Part shown: one piece after another, positions 25,120 to 36,718 of the stretch
How the letters are laid out: every line of letters begins with the position of its first letter
Position numbering within the stretch: position 1 is the first letter of the stretch
Source: Malacoraja senta
Lineage: Eukaryota
NCBI GenBank assembly: GCA_038087875.1
Contig: CM075995.1
Location: forward strand, 3,598,001-3,662,000
Length of the DNA stretch: 64,000 nt
Direction: 5' to 3'
Translations under genes and position numbers: made by a program
Notes under the pieces: model-generated
Told to the model about the DNA's origin: nothing
Seen by the model: only the letters and a program-made list of their open reading frames with translations
The model's database searches: none

Positions 25120-25660
25120 TGTATAAATTCATGAGAGGAATAGATCGGGTAGATGCACAAAGTCCCTTGCCCAGATCAGGTGAATCGAGGACCGGAGGTC
25201 ATAGGTTCTCTGGATGCTTTCAAGAGAGAATTAGATAGAGTTCTTAAAGATAGCGGATATGGGGAGAAGGCAGGAACGGGGTAGTGATTGTGAATGATCA
25301 GCCATGATCACATTGAATGGTGGTGCTGGCTCGATGGGCCGAATGGCCTACTCCTGCACCTATTGTCTATTGCCTATTGTCTACTGTTTAAGGTAAAGGG
25401 GAAAAGATTTAATAGGAATCTGAGGGGTAACTTTTTCACACAAAGGGTGGTGAAGGGTATGGAACAAGCTGCCAGAGGAGGTAGTTGAGACAGGGACTAT
25501 CCCAACATTTAAGAAACAGTTAGACAGGTACATGGATAGGACATATTTGGAGGGATATGGACCAAGCGCAGGCAGGTGGGACTAGTGTAGCTGGGACATG
25601 TTGGCCGGTGTGGGTAAGTATGGGCCGAAGAGCCTGTTTCCACATTGTATCAATCTATGA
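25120..25660 (+). mobile_element. CR1 3' fragment with a nested CR1 3' end (25205-25385)
   Basis: CR1 3'UTR motifs, two tail types. Confidence 0.75.
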
Positions 25661-25992
25661 CTCAATTATTGATTCCACACTGAAGTTCTTACCAAAAGGT
25701 AAAGCGAAAGGTGCAGTTATCATTGCTTCTCCCAACATAACTGCTTCATTTTATTGTGACCCTCGTACCATAATAGGAAGATTAAACGAGAACTTACCAG
25801 TTTGAAGTTTGATCTTTATTTTATGAGAAGTTGCGTTGAGGGATTACGTGAAGAAGCCCGCCAGCCCGCATGCGCGTCAACCTTCAAAGCAGCGGTTTGA
25901 ACACAGAAAAAGTTGCTGAACTAATTATAGGAAGATTCGAGAAACTAGAACTACTACATGATCTCTATGAGAAGAGGGTTGGGAGCGGAGGG

Positions 25993-26105
25993 CACGTAAT
26001 CCCTCAACGCAACTTCTCATAAAATAAAGATCAAACTTCAAACTGGTAAGTTCTCGTTTAATCTTCCTATTTTATTTCGAAGTCACGTGAGTGACTACGT
26101 GAAGA
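25993..26105 (-). repeat. DIRS internal complementary region (ICR), copy A
   Basis: 25993-26071 is the reverse complement of 25772-25850; 26070-26105 is the reverse complement of 32347-32382. Confidence 0.9.
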
Positions 26106-26284
26106 CTTTAAAGCTCTGTGATTTCATGCCGCGAACACGGGTCCATGCAACGCACTGCATTAGTTGACCAGAAATGATTGAAAAGATAATGCATTCAGAC
26201 ATGACATAGATTTAAAAACATGCTGATGCTTTTAATAAACAAATGATAATAAAAATAATAGTGATCCCTCATATCCGGGGCAAA

Positions 26285-27268
26285 TTATAGAACAGAACTT
26301 AATATTGAGTTAGCAAACAAACCCGGCCTGGCAATCGGTTTATTATAACAAGTTTGGAACGTTCGCTCATTCGACCATCCTGCAGTCGCTAGGATGTGGT
26401 CCAGCGGAACCTCCATAACCCTCGCTGCTGATGTTGTTGCAGTCCTGGTGGAGTGAGATTTAAAAACACCAGTGTCCACTCCTGCACTAGCCAGTACACA
26501 TCTTAACCATCTGGAGATGGTCTGCACTGATACCCTCTTGTGCATTTTTTTATAACTAATAAACATTGCCAGTTCAGAGCCTCTAAGGGTCTTTGTAGCC
26601 TTAAGATACTGTAGAATATATGTGACCACACCTAATCTATGGTCCATAGGGTATGCCATGAATTCCAGCTTTAGACCTGACACCCCTGGTCTGCTCTGTT
26701 TAATTAGCTCATGTACATAAAATGTTATTTTGTTGGTAGATGTAACCATACTGTCCAGCCGCAGCTTATGCAACGACTGGACCCGTTGCGCCGAAACTAG
26801 CGCCATGAGCATAATAACTTTATATGTGAGCCTGATCAAAGACAAGGATGTATCTGGAGTCCACCTGCGAAGCAGCGTTAGCACAATATTAACATCCCAT
26901 ACCTCCGTGTACCTGGGCCTGGGGGGATTTGTGTTAAAGATACCCTTCATAAATCTGGATATCAGCGGGTGAGACCCGACAGAGTGGTGTCCCGATCCCA
27001 GCAACAAGTATGATGATAAGGCACTTTTGGTACAATTAATGGCACTATAATTTAAACTTTCATCAAAGAACAGTTTTGAGGGAAACTCCAATACATCAGT
27101 TATACGTGCCGTATCATACGTTATGTTGGAATTAAAACAAAACGCTTCCCATCTCTTGATGTAAGAGATGTACTGCTTCTTGGTGCTATCTCTCCAAGCA
27201 GCAGTGATCACATCCACAGTTCCGTCAGACAATCCGAGCCCCAGGAAAGGTCTTCTCAGAGTCTGCAA
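26285..27268 (-). CDS. DIRS tyrosine recombinase (phage-integrase fold), open 327-aa ORF
   Basis: N-terminal STKKQY..W..FC; catalytic set SAQR, KQSR, HSTR, AGWS, CYNK. Confidence 0.9.
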   Translation of the reverse strand: MQTLRRPFLGLGLSDGTVDVITAAWRDSTKKQYISYIKRWEAFCFNSNITYDTARITDVLEFPSKLFFDESLNYSAINCTKSALSSYLLLGSGHHSVGSHPLISRFMKGIFNTNPPRPRYTEVWDVNIVLTLLRRWTPDTSLSLIRLTYKVIMLMALVSAQRVQSLHKLRLDSMVTSTNKITFYVHELIKQSRPGVSGLKLEFMAYPMDHRLGVVTYILQYLKATKTLRGSELAMFISYKKMHKRVSVQTISRWLRCVLASAGVDTGVFKSHSTRTATTSAARVMEVPLDHILATAGWSNERTFQTCYNKPIARPGLFANSILSSVL

Positions 27269-28143
27269 ATCAATAAATTGATTCGATCATGCAGCGGGTG
27301 GCCTTCCCGAGTCACGGAATGAACCAGCAAATTTTTGCGTTTCGAAATAACCATGTAATGCTCTGTTATCATTCCCAATATCAGCGGGAACCATGGCTGC
27401 GTAGGCCAGTCAGGCACTACCAAAATGCCTGAAGCGGAATCTTGCTGGATTTTTTGCAAGCTGATGAGGCAAAATGGAGGGAATGCATAGAAGAACATTC
27501 CTCCCCAATGTAGCGAGACTGCATCTATCGCCCCTGCCCCTGGGTCTGGCTCCCATGCAACATACTTTGGTAACTGGTGATTGAGCCAAGATGCAAACAA
27601 ATCGATATCCGGTGTTCCATACCGAGCAACAATATCGTTAAATACTTTATGATCCAACATCCATTCTGTGTTGTCATTGAATTTACGTGACCTGGTGTCC
27701 GCCACCATGTTAAACCTACCTAGCAAATAGGTAGCTGAAATCCAAATGCTTTTTTCGATACACCAGTTGCAAATGAGGTTAGCTAATTTATCACAGGATA
27801 CTGACTTGATTCCACCCATGTGATTAATGTATGCCACTGCCGTAATGTTGTCAATCTGTAGTTGAACATGCAGATTATGCATATTCCCACAATAAGCTTT
27901 TAACCCATAGAATGCCCCCAGCACCTCTAGGTAGTTAATGCCATGTAACTGAAGAATTGATAACTCATGCACATCCCATCTGCCATCGCAACTAGAGATG
28001 GTAATAGTAGCTCCCCATCCTTGAGCACTAGCATTAGTTTGTAATATAACTGAAGGTTTGCTGACCAAAATGTTACTGGAGCAATGCCGAATATTGGTCG
28101 TCCACCATCGTAATTCTGATATAGCTTCAGCTGGTAACCGCAT
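27256..28143 (-). CDS. DIRS pol C-terminal part: RNase H plus adenine-methyltransferase-like domain
   Basis: QTNAS..GWGA, INYLE, IDN.TAVAYINHMGG, N.VADTRSR (RNase H); DLFAS..NHQL..Y and YAFPPF (MT-like); overlaps YR ORF. Confidence 0.85.
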   Translation of the reverse strand: MRLPAEAISELRWWTTNIRHCSSNILVSKPSVILQTNASAQGWGATITISSCDGRWDVHELSILQLHGINYLEVLGAFYGLKAYCGNMHNLHVQLQIDNITAVAYINHMGGIKSVSCDKLANLICNWCIEKSIWISATYLLGRFNMVADTRSRKFNDNTEWMLDHKVFNDIVARYGTPDIDLFASWLNHQLPKYVAWEPDPGAGAIDAVSLHWGGMFFYAFPPFCLISLQKIQQDSASGILVVPDWPTQPWFPLILGMITEHYMVISKRKNLLVHSVTREGHPLHDRINLLICRL

Positions 28144-28456
28144 AGGTCTGTTAAAATGACCTAGATGGTACTTGAGTGCTTGCTCTTTTGCACGTTGTAA
28201 ATTTGATAATGCAAAGGCCCAAATTGTGCAGCTGGAAAAACAGCCACTAATTTGTCAATTATACTGGCCACTTGTCGAATAGATGGCTGTTCCATAACAA
28301 CAAGGTTGTTACAGGCTTCTATTAATTCTAATCTCTTGCCCCAGGCAGAGTCACAGACATATTAACAGAGTTAATGTAAATCCCAAATAATTAATAACTC
28401 TAGTTGGTATCAATTTGGATTTAACTGGATGGATGAGAAACCCCAATTTCTCAAAT

Positions 28457-29658
28457 GTGAGTTTGTGGCAGATGCGGCGTAGACGGAGGAATTGGGAGTG
28501 GGGATGGAGTCCTTACAGGAAGCAGGGTGGGAAGAAGTGTAGTCCAGATAGCCTCGGGAGTCAGTGGGTTTGTAGTGGATGTCGGCTATCTGGACTACAC
28601 TTCTTCCCACCCTGCTTCCTCTAAGGACTCCATCCCCACTCCCAATTCCTCCGTCTACACCGCATCTGCTCCCAGGATGAGGCGTTCCACACCAGGGCAC
28701 CTGAAATGTCCTCATTCTTCAGGGAACGGGGGTTCCCCTCCTCCACCATAGATGAGGCTCGCACCAGGGTCTCTGCCATACCCCGCAACACTGCTCTCTC
28801 TCCCCATCCCCCCCACTCACAACCAGGGCAGAGTCCCCTAGTCCTCACCTTTCACCCCACCAGCCGTCACATACAACAAGTGATCCTCCGTCAGTTTCGC
28901 CACCTCCAACGTGACCCCACCACTCGCCACATCTTCCCATCTCCCCCCATGTCTGCCTTCCGCAAAGACCGCTCCCTCCGTAACTCCTTGTCAATTCTTC
29001 CCTTCCCTCCCATACCACCCCCTCCCCTGGTACTTTCCCTTGCAACCGCAAGAGATGCAACACTTTGTCCCTTCACCTCCCCCCTCGACTCCATTCAAGG
29101 ACCCAAGCAGTCGTTCCAGGTGCGACAGAGGTTCACCTGCATCCCCTCCAACCTCATCTATTGCTTCCGCTGCTCTAGATGCCAGCTGATCTACATCGGT
29201 GAGACCAAGCGGAGGCTTGGCGATCGTTTCACCGAACACCTCCGGTCGGTCCGCAATAACCAACTTGACCTCCCGGTGGCTCAGCACTTCAACCCCCTCC
29301 CATTCCGTATCTGACCTCTCTATCCTGAGTCTCCTCCATGGCCACAGCGAGCAACACCGTAAATTGGAGGAAATGCACCTCATATTCCGCTTGGGCAGTC
29401 TACATCCTGGGGGCTTGAACATTGAATTCTCCCAATTCTGCTAGCCCTTGCTGTCCCCTCCCCTTCATCAGCCCTCTGGTTGTCTCCTCCCCTCCCCCAG
29501 CCCTCGGTCTCCTCCTCCTCCTCCGCCTTTTTCATTTTTTCCTTTCTTCTCCCGACCCCCTATCAGTCTGAAGAAGGGTTTCGGCCCGAAACATTGCCTA
29601 TTTCCTTCGCTCCATAGATGCTGCTGCACCCGCTGAGTTTCTCCAGCATTTTTGTATA
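28457..29658 (+). mobile_element. Penelope-like element, 5'-truncated, with GIY-YIG endonuclease and inverted 5' end
   Basis: ORF 28706-29314 (NLIYCFRC..C..IYIGETKRRL..RF.EH), GLNIEFS end, pLTR at 29560-29658; 86-bp inverted arms 28468-28553/28584-28669. Confidence 0.9.
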
Positions 29659-29702
29659 CCTTTGGAAATCAGTTGTTTGACAGTAATGAAGTTTTCCATT
29701 TT

Positions 29703-30540
29703 TTTTTTTTTTTTAATTTTTTATTTATTAGAAGTACATTACATTACACCCACATACATTAGTACTCGTCACTTATGCCTTCTTACAATTAATGTACTCC
29801 ATTTATTTTTTACACTAGAAAAAGAAAAGATTGAAAGAAAGAAGAAAGTGAAGGAAAAGTGAAAGTGTAGAAAATGTGACAACAAAAAAGGACGAAGACC
29901 CTATAAGAGCAAAATTAAAAACAAAAGGAAAAGAGTTAAGAAATAGACCCTAGAAAAGAAAGAGAAAGAGAAAGAGGAAAAAGAGAGAAACAAATATTTT
30001 TATGAGCATTACGTAAATGGGACATACAACTCTTCAACTAGCATCCCCCCTTACCTGACCTCAATTTTTTTTAAAGTACTTTTGCACCCTATATTTGTAA
30101 TAATTCTATAAATGCAGACCACGTCAGGTGGAAGTGATCTGGTTTACCTGCTAGGAGGAGTCTTATCTCTTCTAGGTATAATGTTTCGAACATATTTGAA
30201 GTCCACATATTTATAGTTGGTATTGGAGCCTTCTTCCAAAATTTTAGAATTAGCTTTTTTCCAGTTATTAATCCATAGTCCATTAGTTTCTTTTGAAACA
30301 CATTTAGTTCTGGGCCATCTTCCGTTATTCCGAAGATAATCCATTCTGCTTTGGGTATCAGTCTTATTTTAAATAACTTTGTAAAGATTTCAAAAATTTC
30401 ATTCCAAAATTTTTGAATTTTTGTACAGAAAACGAATGAGTGCGCTATAGTAGCTTCTTGGGATTGACATTTATCACAAATAGATGATACATTTGGGAAA
30501 ATCTTATGAATTTTAGTTTTCGAATAATATAATCTATGTA
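29703..30540 (-). mobile_element. 5'-truncated L1-clade LINE
   Basis: ORF2 C-terminus with zinc knuckle (LHRLY..CDKC..HSFVFC); polyA; 14-bp TSD AAGTTTTCCATTTT (29689-29702, 30541-30554) at a TTTT/AA site. Confidence 0.9.
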
Positions 30541-30844
30541 AAGTTTTCCATTTTAAAATGTCTATACTGCACATAAGAGTTGAGTTGTGTTAAATCAAGA
30601 ATGATCCGACACCCTCCATCTTTCTTTTATCTGGGGAATATATTGGAGACAAATTGGTGATGTTCATGACTTGACTTCTCGATTACCCCTTTTGTGTATA
30701 ATGTGTGAATTTCAGCTTATATATCCAAACCTTTTTGGGAAAGAACAAATGTCTGGTTTGGTGTATGCTGTGTGGGTGGCAATGAATTGGGAAGAAATTC
30801 AATTCGGAACCCTTGTATACTGTGCAGTATAAACGGATCTGATG

Positions 30845-32172
30845 TTATCCAATGCCATTCATGCAAAAACAAGTGTAATCTACAACCAACCAGACCCACC
30901 TACCTCCATGGTTACGGGTCTTATGGTAGGCCCAAAGGCCCCCTGGTGCGGGTTCTATTTCCGCCCCTGAGGTTTGGGGGGGTACTGCTGGGGTGCGCGG
31001 ATTGCGCATTTTCCAAGAGGGCCGGCTTGGGCCTTGGCCTAAAAAAGACCTCTGCCCAGAGAATTCAGCTTTCGAGCTGCCATCAGCTTCAGTGAACTGC
31101 TTACTGCTGATGGAAGCGTAGGGATGCTGCTGCCAAAATGGTGAAGCTTTGCTCGTCATTGGTGCCTTGATTAGCCCAACAGCTTTTGCTTCTTCATCCA
31201 GGTCTTTAACCTGTTTGGGTAGATCTTCCCCGAACAGAAGATTCGGCGGCTGAACATTGCTGGCCTTGCATAAGCCTGCAAATTTGGGATTCAGGGCAGG
31301 TCTGATGGCGTTCTTCCGAAAACAGTTTATTTCGAAGTGTGCATTGCACATCAACGCCAGGGCATCCTGCTGGATGTTTGATAAGGGCCCACCATCCACA
31401 GATATGGCAAATGCCGTGATGCCTGAAGCCAGTAGTTTTATTTTTTTTTTGGAGTTTCATCTCCTGGGCTTTGATGCCCCCTCCAATGTATCCCTAGATA
31501 GAGCTGTTCACATCCGGCACTTTCAGGGACGCACAATTTGCAGGTGTGTGATATTTTGCGGCCATTTCCACCATCACCTGTTCCTGCAACTGATGTGATG
31601 CGAGGTAGTTTATACTGGAAGCCAGTTCTTCCTGCAGCGGCTTCCCTGTTTGCGAGGGTATCGCGAACTTTGATGCCATGTCAGGCAATTCCTGCACCTC
31701 ACGCATGTCATGCATTCCGGTATGTTCTCCGGACATCCCTCCGAATTCGGAGTCAGCCATATACTGACCCCGTATGCTCCCCTCCTCAGAGTGAGAGATA
31801 TTATGCAGCCCTGGACCAGGCGCTGTCGCAGGCTCACAAGGAGACTTGCGCTGATATGTCCCCGTTTCACGGAGCATATCATGATGGAGCATCCTTTCCA
31901 TAAGGTGCCCAAAGACGTTATCCATCATTGTAGGAGGCACATCCTCCTGGCCTGACTCATCTGAGTAAACAGGCCGATCAGACTTCCTTTTGGCTTTCCC
32001 CCCCTTTCGGGGTTGCCAAGGTGCTTTTGGCCAACACCAAGTCTGAAGTCGCTGACTGCACTGTCAGCGTCTCGGACGGCGAAACCGCCGGCCGCCGGCT
32101 ATCCGCACTCCCGCGGTCCTCCATAGCCGGTTTCCCCGCGGCTCGTCTGGATCTCGCCCTGGATTTCTCCAT
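30845..32172 (-). pseudogene. DIRS gag-like ORF1 (frameshifted), copy A
   Basis: Fragments 31978-32172, 31494-31940 and 30845-31399 (KY.TP.NC..LKVP.VN, AHFE.NCFRK.AIRP.LNPK, LFGEDL); homologous to copy B. Confidence 0.75.
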
Positions 32173-32469
32173 ATTCCGTTAGGCAAATCGACTCTGTAAT
32201 GAGAGATTTCCACGAAAAACGACCTCAGAATAAGTTTGAAAACTTACCTGCAGGGTTTTAAACTTACCGCTGGAGGAGCGACGCTCCTCCCAGCCAGTCA
32301 TGCGCCATGCGTTAGACGTATTGACGCTAATGCAGACTGGCGGGCTTCTTCAGGTAGTCACTCACGTGACTTCGAAATAAAATGAGTGATAGATGATCTG
32401 TGTTTGGCACATATCCCTCTAAACCTATCCTATCCATGTACCTGTCTAAATGTTTCCTAAACAGTCGTG

Positions 32470-32735
32470 TGGTCACGATGGCGCAGCGGTAGAGTTACTG
32501 CCTTATAGCGAATGCAGCGCCGGAGATCCGGGTTTGATCCCGATTGTGGGTGCTGTCTGTACGGAGTTTGTACGTTCTTCCCGTGACCTGCGTGGGTTTT
32601 CTCCGAGATCTTCGGTTTCCTCCCACATTCCAAAGACATACAGGTTTGTAGGTTAATTGGCTTGGTAAATGTAAAAATTGTCCCTAATGGGTGTAGGATC
32701 GTGTTAATGTGTGGGGATCGCTGGTCGGCGCGGAC
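32470..32735 (+). mobile_element. V-SINE (HE1-like)
   Basis: Head and V-domain. Confidence 0.8.
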
Positions 32736-33774
32736 TAAAAAAAAAACTTTATAAAAAATAGAAAATAGAAATCTTTTTCATAATTTAACATATAGGATTT
32801 AGGATTCAAAGTGTTAAAAATATTGGAATCACGTTAGGACCATAGGCGTCCCTGAAAAAACCTGGAAACAAACCACACCCAATTTTTCGCATGTCAGTCC
32901 ATGTTGAAAAGTTGCTATTCATGTACAGATAATGCAATATTATTCCTGTTCGTCATTTTTTTTGTCATCCTTTTCCACCCACCAGCTAAAATGCTGACTG
33001 ATGTTGAATGTCAGGTCACGTGAATGGGAAGTGCATTGTCTAATGTGCCCAGTCAAAGGATTTCCTCTTGACACAGCCCCAGATGGAACTGTTCAGCCTT
33101 GTGCTGTGCTGACCATTGTGGTTCAGCTACTGCACCAGTTTCCCTGCATGTTGACCAGAGGTAGGCAGACAGACGACTTGGTCAGGAAGCATCTCTTGGA
33201 CAGGCGACATTTAAGGCTGGAGCCCTTTTCCGGCACTTTGTATCTTTTTGTTTTGTACACCAGCATCTGCAGTTCCTTGTATCTATGTTTAGTTTAGTTT
33301 AGTTTAGAGATAAAAATATTAGTTTAGAGATAATTTAGTTGAGAGGAGGTAGTTGCGGCTGGGACTATCCCAACGTTTAAGAAACAGTTAGACAGATACC
33401 TGGTTAGGACAAGTTTGGAGGAATATGAATATGAGGAGTTTGAACAAGCGCAGGTGGGACTAGTGTAGCTGGGACATGTTGGGCCGAAGGGCCTGTTTCC
33501 ACACTGTATCACTCACTGACTCTATGACTCTATGACTGATGGGAATGATCTTATCAAAACATGTTGGATTCTAAGGAGCCCAACATGTATAATGGGAGAA
33601 TGAAGCCCATTCAGAAGGATTACAGGATTAAGGAGCATTGTTTCGGAATAAGAGATCACCCACTTTAAGGCTGGACGAAAAATTCCTTGTACAAAAAGGT
33701 CATAAATCTTTTGAAATCTCTGCCCCAGAGAGCTGTGGAGCTTGTCAATCTATATTGAAGGAGATCTTTTGACT

Positions 33775-34248
33775 AAAAGGTTAATTCCCGGAATGGCGGG
33801 ACTGTCATATGCTGAGAGAATGGAGCAGCTGGGCTTGTACACCCTGGAGTTTAGAAGGATGAGAGGATATCTCATTGAAACATATAAGATTGTTAAGGGC
33901 TTGGACATACTAGAGGCAGGAAACATGTTCCCGATGTTGGGGGAGTCCAGAACCAAGGGCCACAGTTTAAGAATAAGGAGTAAGCCATTTAGAACGGAGA
34001 TGAGGAAACACTTTTTCTCACAGAGTGATGATTGTGGAATTCTCTGCCTCAGAGGGCGGTGGAGACAGGTTCTCTGGATGCTTTCAAGAGAGAGCTAGAT
34101 AGGGCTCTTAAAAATAGCGGAGTCAGGGGATATGGGGAGAAGGCAGGAACGGGGTACTGATTGGGGATGATCAGCCATGATCAAATTGAATGGCAGTGCT
34201 GGCTCGAAGGGCTAAATGGCCTACTCCTGCACCTATTGTCTATTGTCT
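33775..34248 (+). mobile_element. CR1 LINE 3' fragment
   Basis: RLIPGMAGLSY.ER..LGLYTLEFRRMRG; (TATTGTC)n tail. Confidence 0.9.
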
Positions 34249-36399
34249 AAAAACAGCAAATGTTTGAAAAACTCAGCAGATGATTGAGATGTTTGGGTTA
34301 CCAGGAGTCAAAGATTATTGGGATCAGACATGAAAGTGTAATTGAGAAGCAAGGAACTAGCGGATGCTGGTTTACCAAAGAATTACACTAAATGCTGGAG
34401 TAACTCAATGAGTCGGCAGCACCCCTGGATAACTTGGATAGGTGACATTTTGTGTCGGGACCCTTCTTCAGATTTACACAATTGAGACCAACATCAGATC
34501 TCACTAAAAAGCACAGTGGGAGGTGCGTGACCTTCTCTCATTCCTACTTCTTATGTTCATAATGCCACAGTATCTTCGAAAATAAGAAATTTCAACAATT
34601 GTTCACATACTGTTATCAACACCAGCAAAAGGAATATTGGTGTGAAGGATATTAACACCTGCAATAGTGATAATATTTGTCAGGCCAATTTAATACATTA
34701 ATAGCACGAGCAACTGCTGCATGAAAAATGTTGGTAATATTAGTTTCATTGGATATAATATGATAGTTCTACAATAAAACTTCTGGTCCTAGCCGCTGTG
34801 CCAGTACAGGCAAAAATACTACTGAATCATAGAAACATAGAAGCATAGAAAGTGGGTGCAGGAGTAGGCCAATCGGTGCTTCAAGCCAGCACCGCCATTC
34901 AATAGGATCATGGCTGATCATCCAGAATCAGGACCCTGTTCCTGCTTTTTCCCCATATCTTTGGATTTCGTTAGCCCTAAGAGCTAGATCTAACTCTCTC
35001 TTGAATACATCCAGTGAATTGGCCTCCACTGTCTTCTGTGGCAGAGAATGCCATAGATTCACAACTCTCTGGGTGAAGAAGTTTTTCCTCATCTCAAAGT
35101 GGTAATTCTTTGAGCATCATCAATAGTGGGCATGTTCAGAGCCTTAGTGGTTGTTATTAACTGTTGTACTTGTACCAACAATAGAGGCTGTCTTCATAGT
35201 CTTTTATGAACATCAACAATAGACTTTATGTTTCTTCAAGTCTGAAGAAGGGTCTCAACCTGAAGAGATGCTGCCTGACCCGTTAGGTTAATCCAGCATT
35301 TTGTGTCTATCTTTCATGTTTCTGGATATCGAACAAGGACCAACAAAGAAGATTGTCTTTAGAAAGGAACTGCAGATGCTGGTTTATACCGATGATAGAC
35401 ACAAGTGCTGGAGTAACTCAGCGGGTCAAGCAGCATCCCTGGAGAAAAAGGATGGGTGATGTTTCGGGTTGCAACCCTTCTGCAGATTGAAAGTAGAGGG
35501 GAGTGAACTGGAAGTAAGAAAAGGCCAGAATCACAGAAGGCTGCGGAGACAGAATTAGTGGATATATTCAACGCAGAGATAGATAGATTCTTGATTAGTA
35601 CGGGTGTCAGAGGTTATGGGGAGAAGGCAGAAGAATGGGGTTAGGAGGGAGAGATAGATCAGCCATGATTGAATGGAGGAGTAGACTTGATGGGCCTAAT
35701 GTCCTAATTCTACTATCACTTATGATCTTATGATCTTATGAGCAAATCAGTGCCGGCAACAGATGACCAAAGAAGGGTGGTGCCCAGAATGGCCCATTGT
35801 TAGAGTCATAGATAGAGTTATAACATGATACAGTGTGGAAACAGGCCCTTTGGCCCAACTTGCCCACATCAGCAAACATGACCCAGCTTCCCTAGTTCCA
35901 CCTGCATTTGGTCCATATCCCCTGTCCTCTGTTCCTCGGTTCACCTACACTGGGCAAGTGACTCTACCTGATCTATTCCTCTCATGATTTTATAGAACTC
36001 TTGTTGGCTGGGGAAGAGGTGATAATGAAGGGATGCAAGGATGCGAACAGCGGAACTAGTGGGCGAGATGAAGATTGTAGTTATAGCCTTTGGGCAACAT
36101 TGGTTTCAGTAGGCAGCAGTGAAAAGAGCACGGACAGTCATCTTTGCATTTGTAGCTATGTACAAGCACCGTCAAGAGAGGCTGTGGTACCAGCTTTGAA
36201 CACAGCAATGTTAGTGTTATTATGAGAAATAGAAGGGAAAAAAACAGGCAATGCAATACCTTAGTCCTGAAATGAAATTAACTTAAGTTTAACATTTCGG
36301 TTTTATTAATGCAACCTTTTTTTTAACAAGCACAATCAATTCCATGATTGGAACAGCCGTAAAACAAATGAAGCCAGGAAACTCCAAGTATGGGAGGTT

Positions 36400-36718
36400 T
36401 AATTTAGTTTAGTTTCATTTTGAGATACAGGGTGGAAACAGGCCCTTCGAGTCTGCACCGACCAGCGATCCCCACACATTAACACTACCCTACTACACAC
36501 ACGAGGGACAAATTTGCATTTTACATTTTTACCTAGCCAATTAACCTACAAACTTGTACGTTTTTGGAGTGTGGGAGAAAACCGAAGTTTTCGGAGAAAA
36601 ACCCACGCAGTTCACGGGGAGAACGAACAAACTCCATACAGACAGTATCCGTAAACAGGATCGAACCTGGTTCTTTGGGGCTGTAAGGCAGTAGCTCTAC
36701 CGCTACACCACCATGCCG
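36400..36718 (-). mobile_element. V-SINE (HE1-like)
   Basis: Reverse head, V-domain, tail. Confidence 0.8.

Larger units (their letters stand above)
28144..30910 (-). pseudogene. Disrupted DIRS reverse transcriptase (interrupted, core deleted)
   Basis: KKDGGCRIILDLTQLNSYVQYRHFKMENF (30541-30650), ITVKQLISKG (29659-29690), FEKLGFLIHPVKS (28420-28456); no YxDD segment. Confidence 0.8.
25772..32383 (-). mobile_element. DIRS1-type tyrosine-recombinase retrotransposon (copy A)
   Basis: gag, RT/RH/MT and YR ORF remnants in order; ITRs (~25847-25880 vs ~32321-32354); ICR 25993-26105 complementary to both termini; AAT at both ends. Confidence 0.95.

Noticed and set aside
26285..27268. Prophage integrase or domesticated recombinase
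   Set aside because: Sits in the standard DIRS position between pol and ICR; no phage genes or evidence of domestication
29703..30540. L1 as the cause of the DIRS RT deletion
   Set aside because: L1 has a clean TSD and DIRS reads through it; the deletion maps to the Penelope junctions
36056..36256. Minus-strand acceptor plus Cys-rich ORF as a host exon
   Set aside because: No donor and no recognisable protein; chance-level evidence
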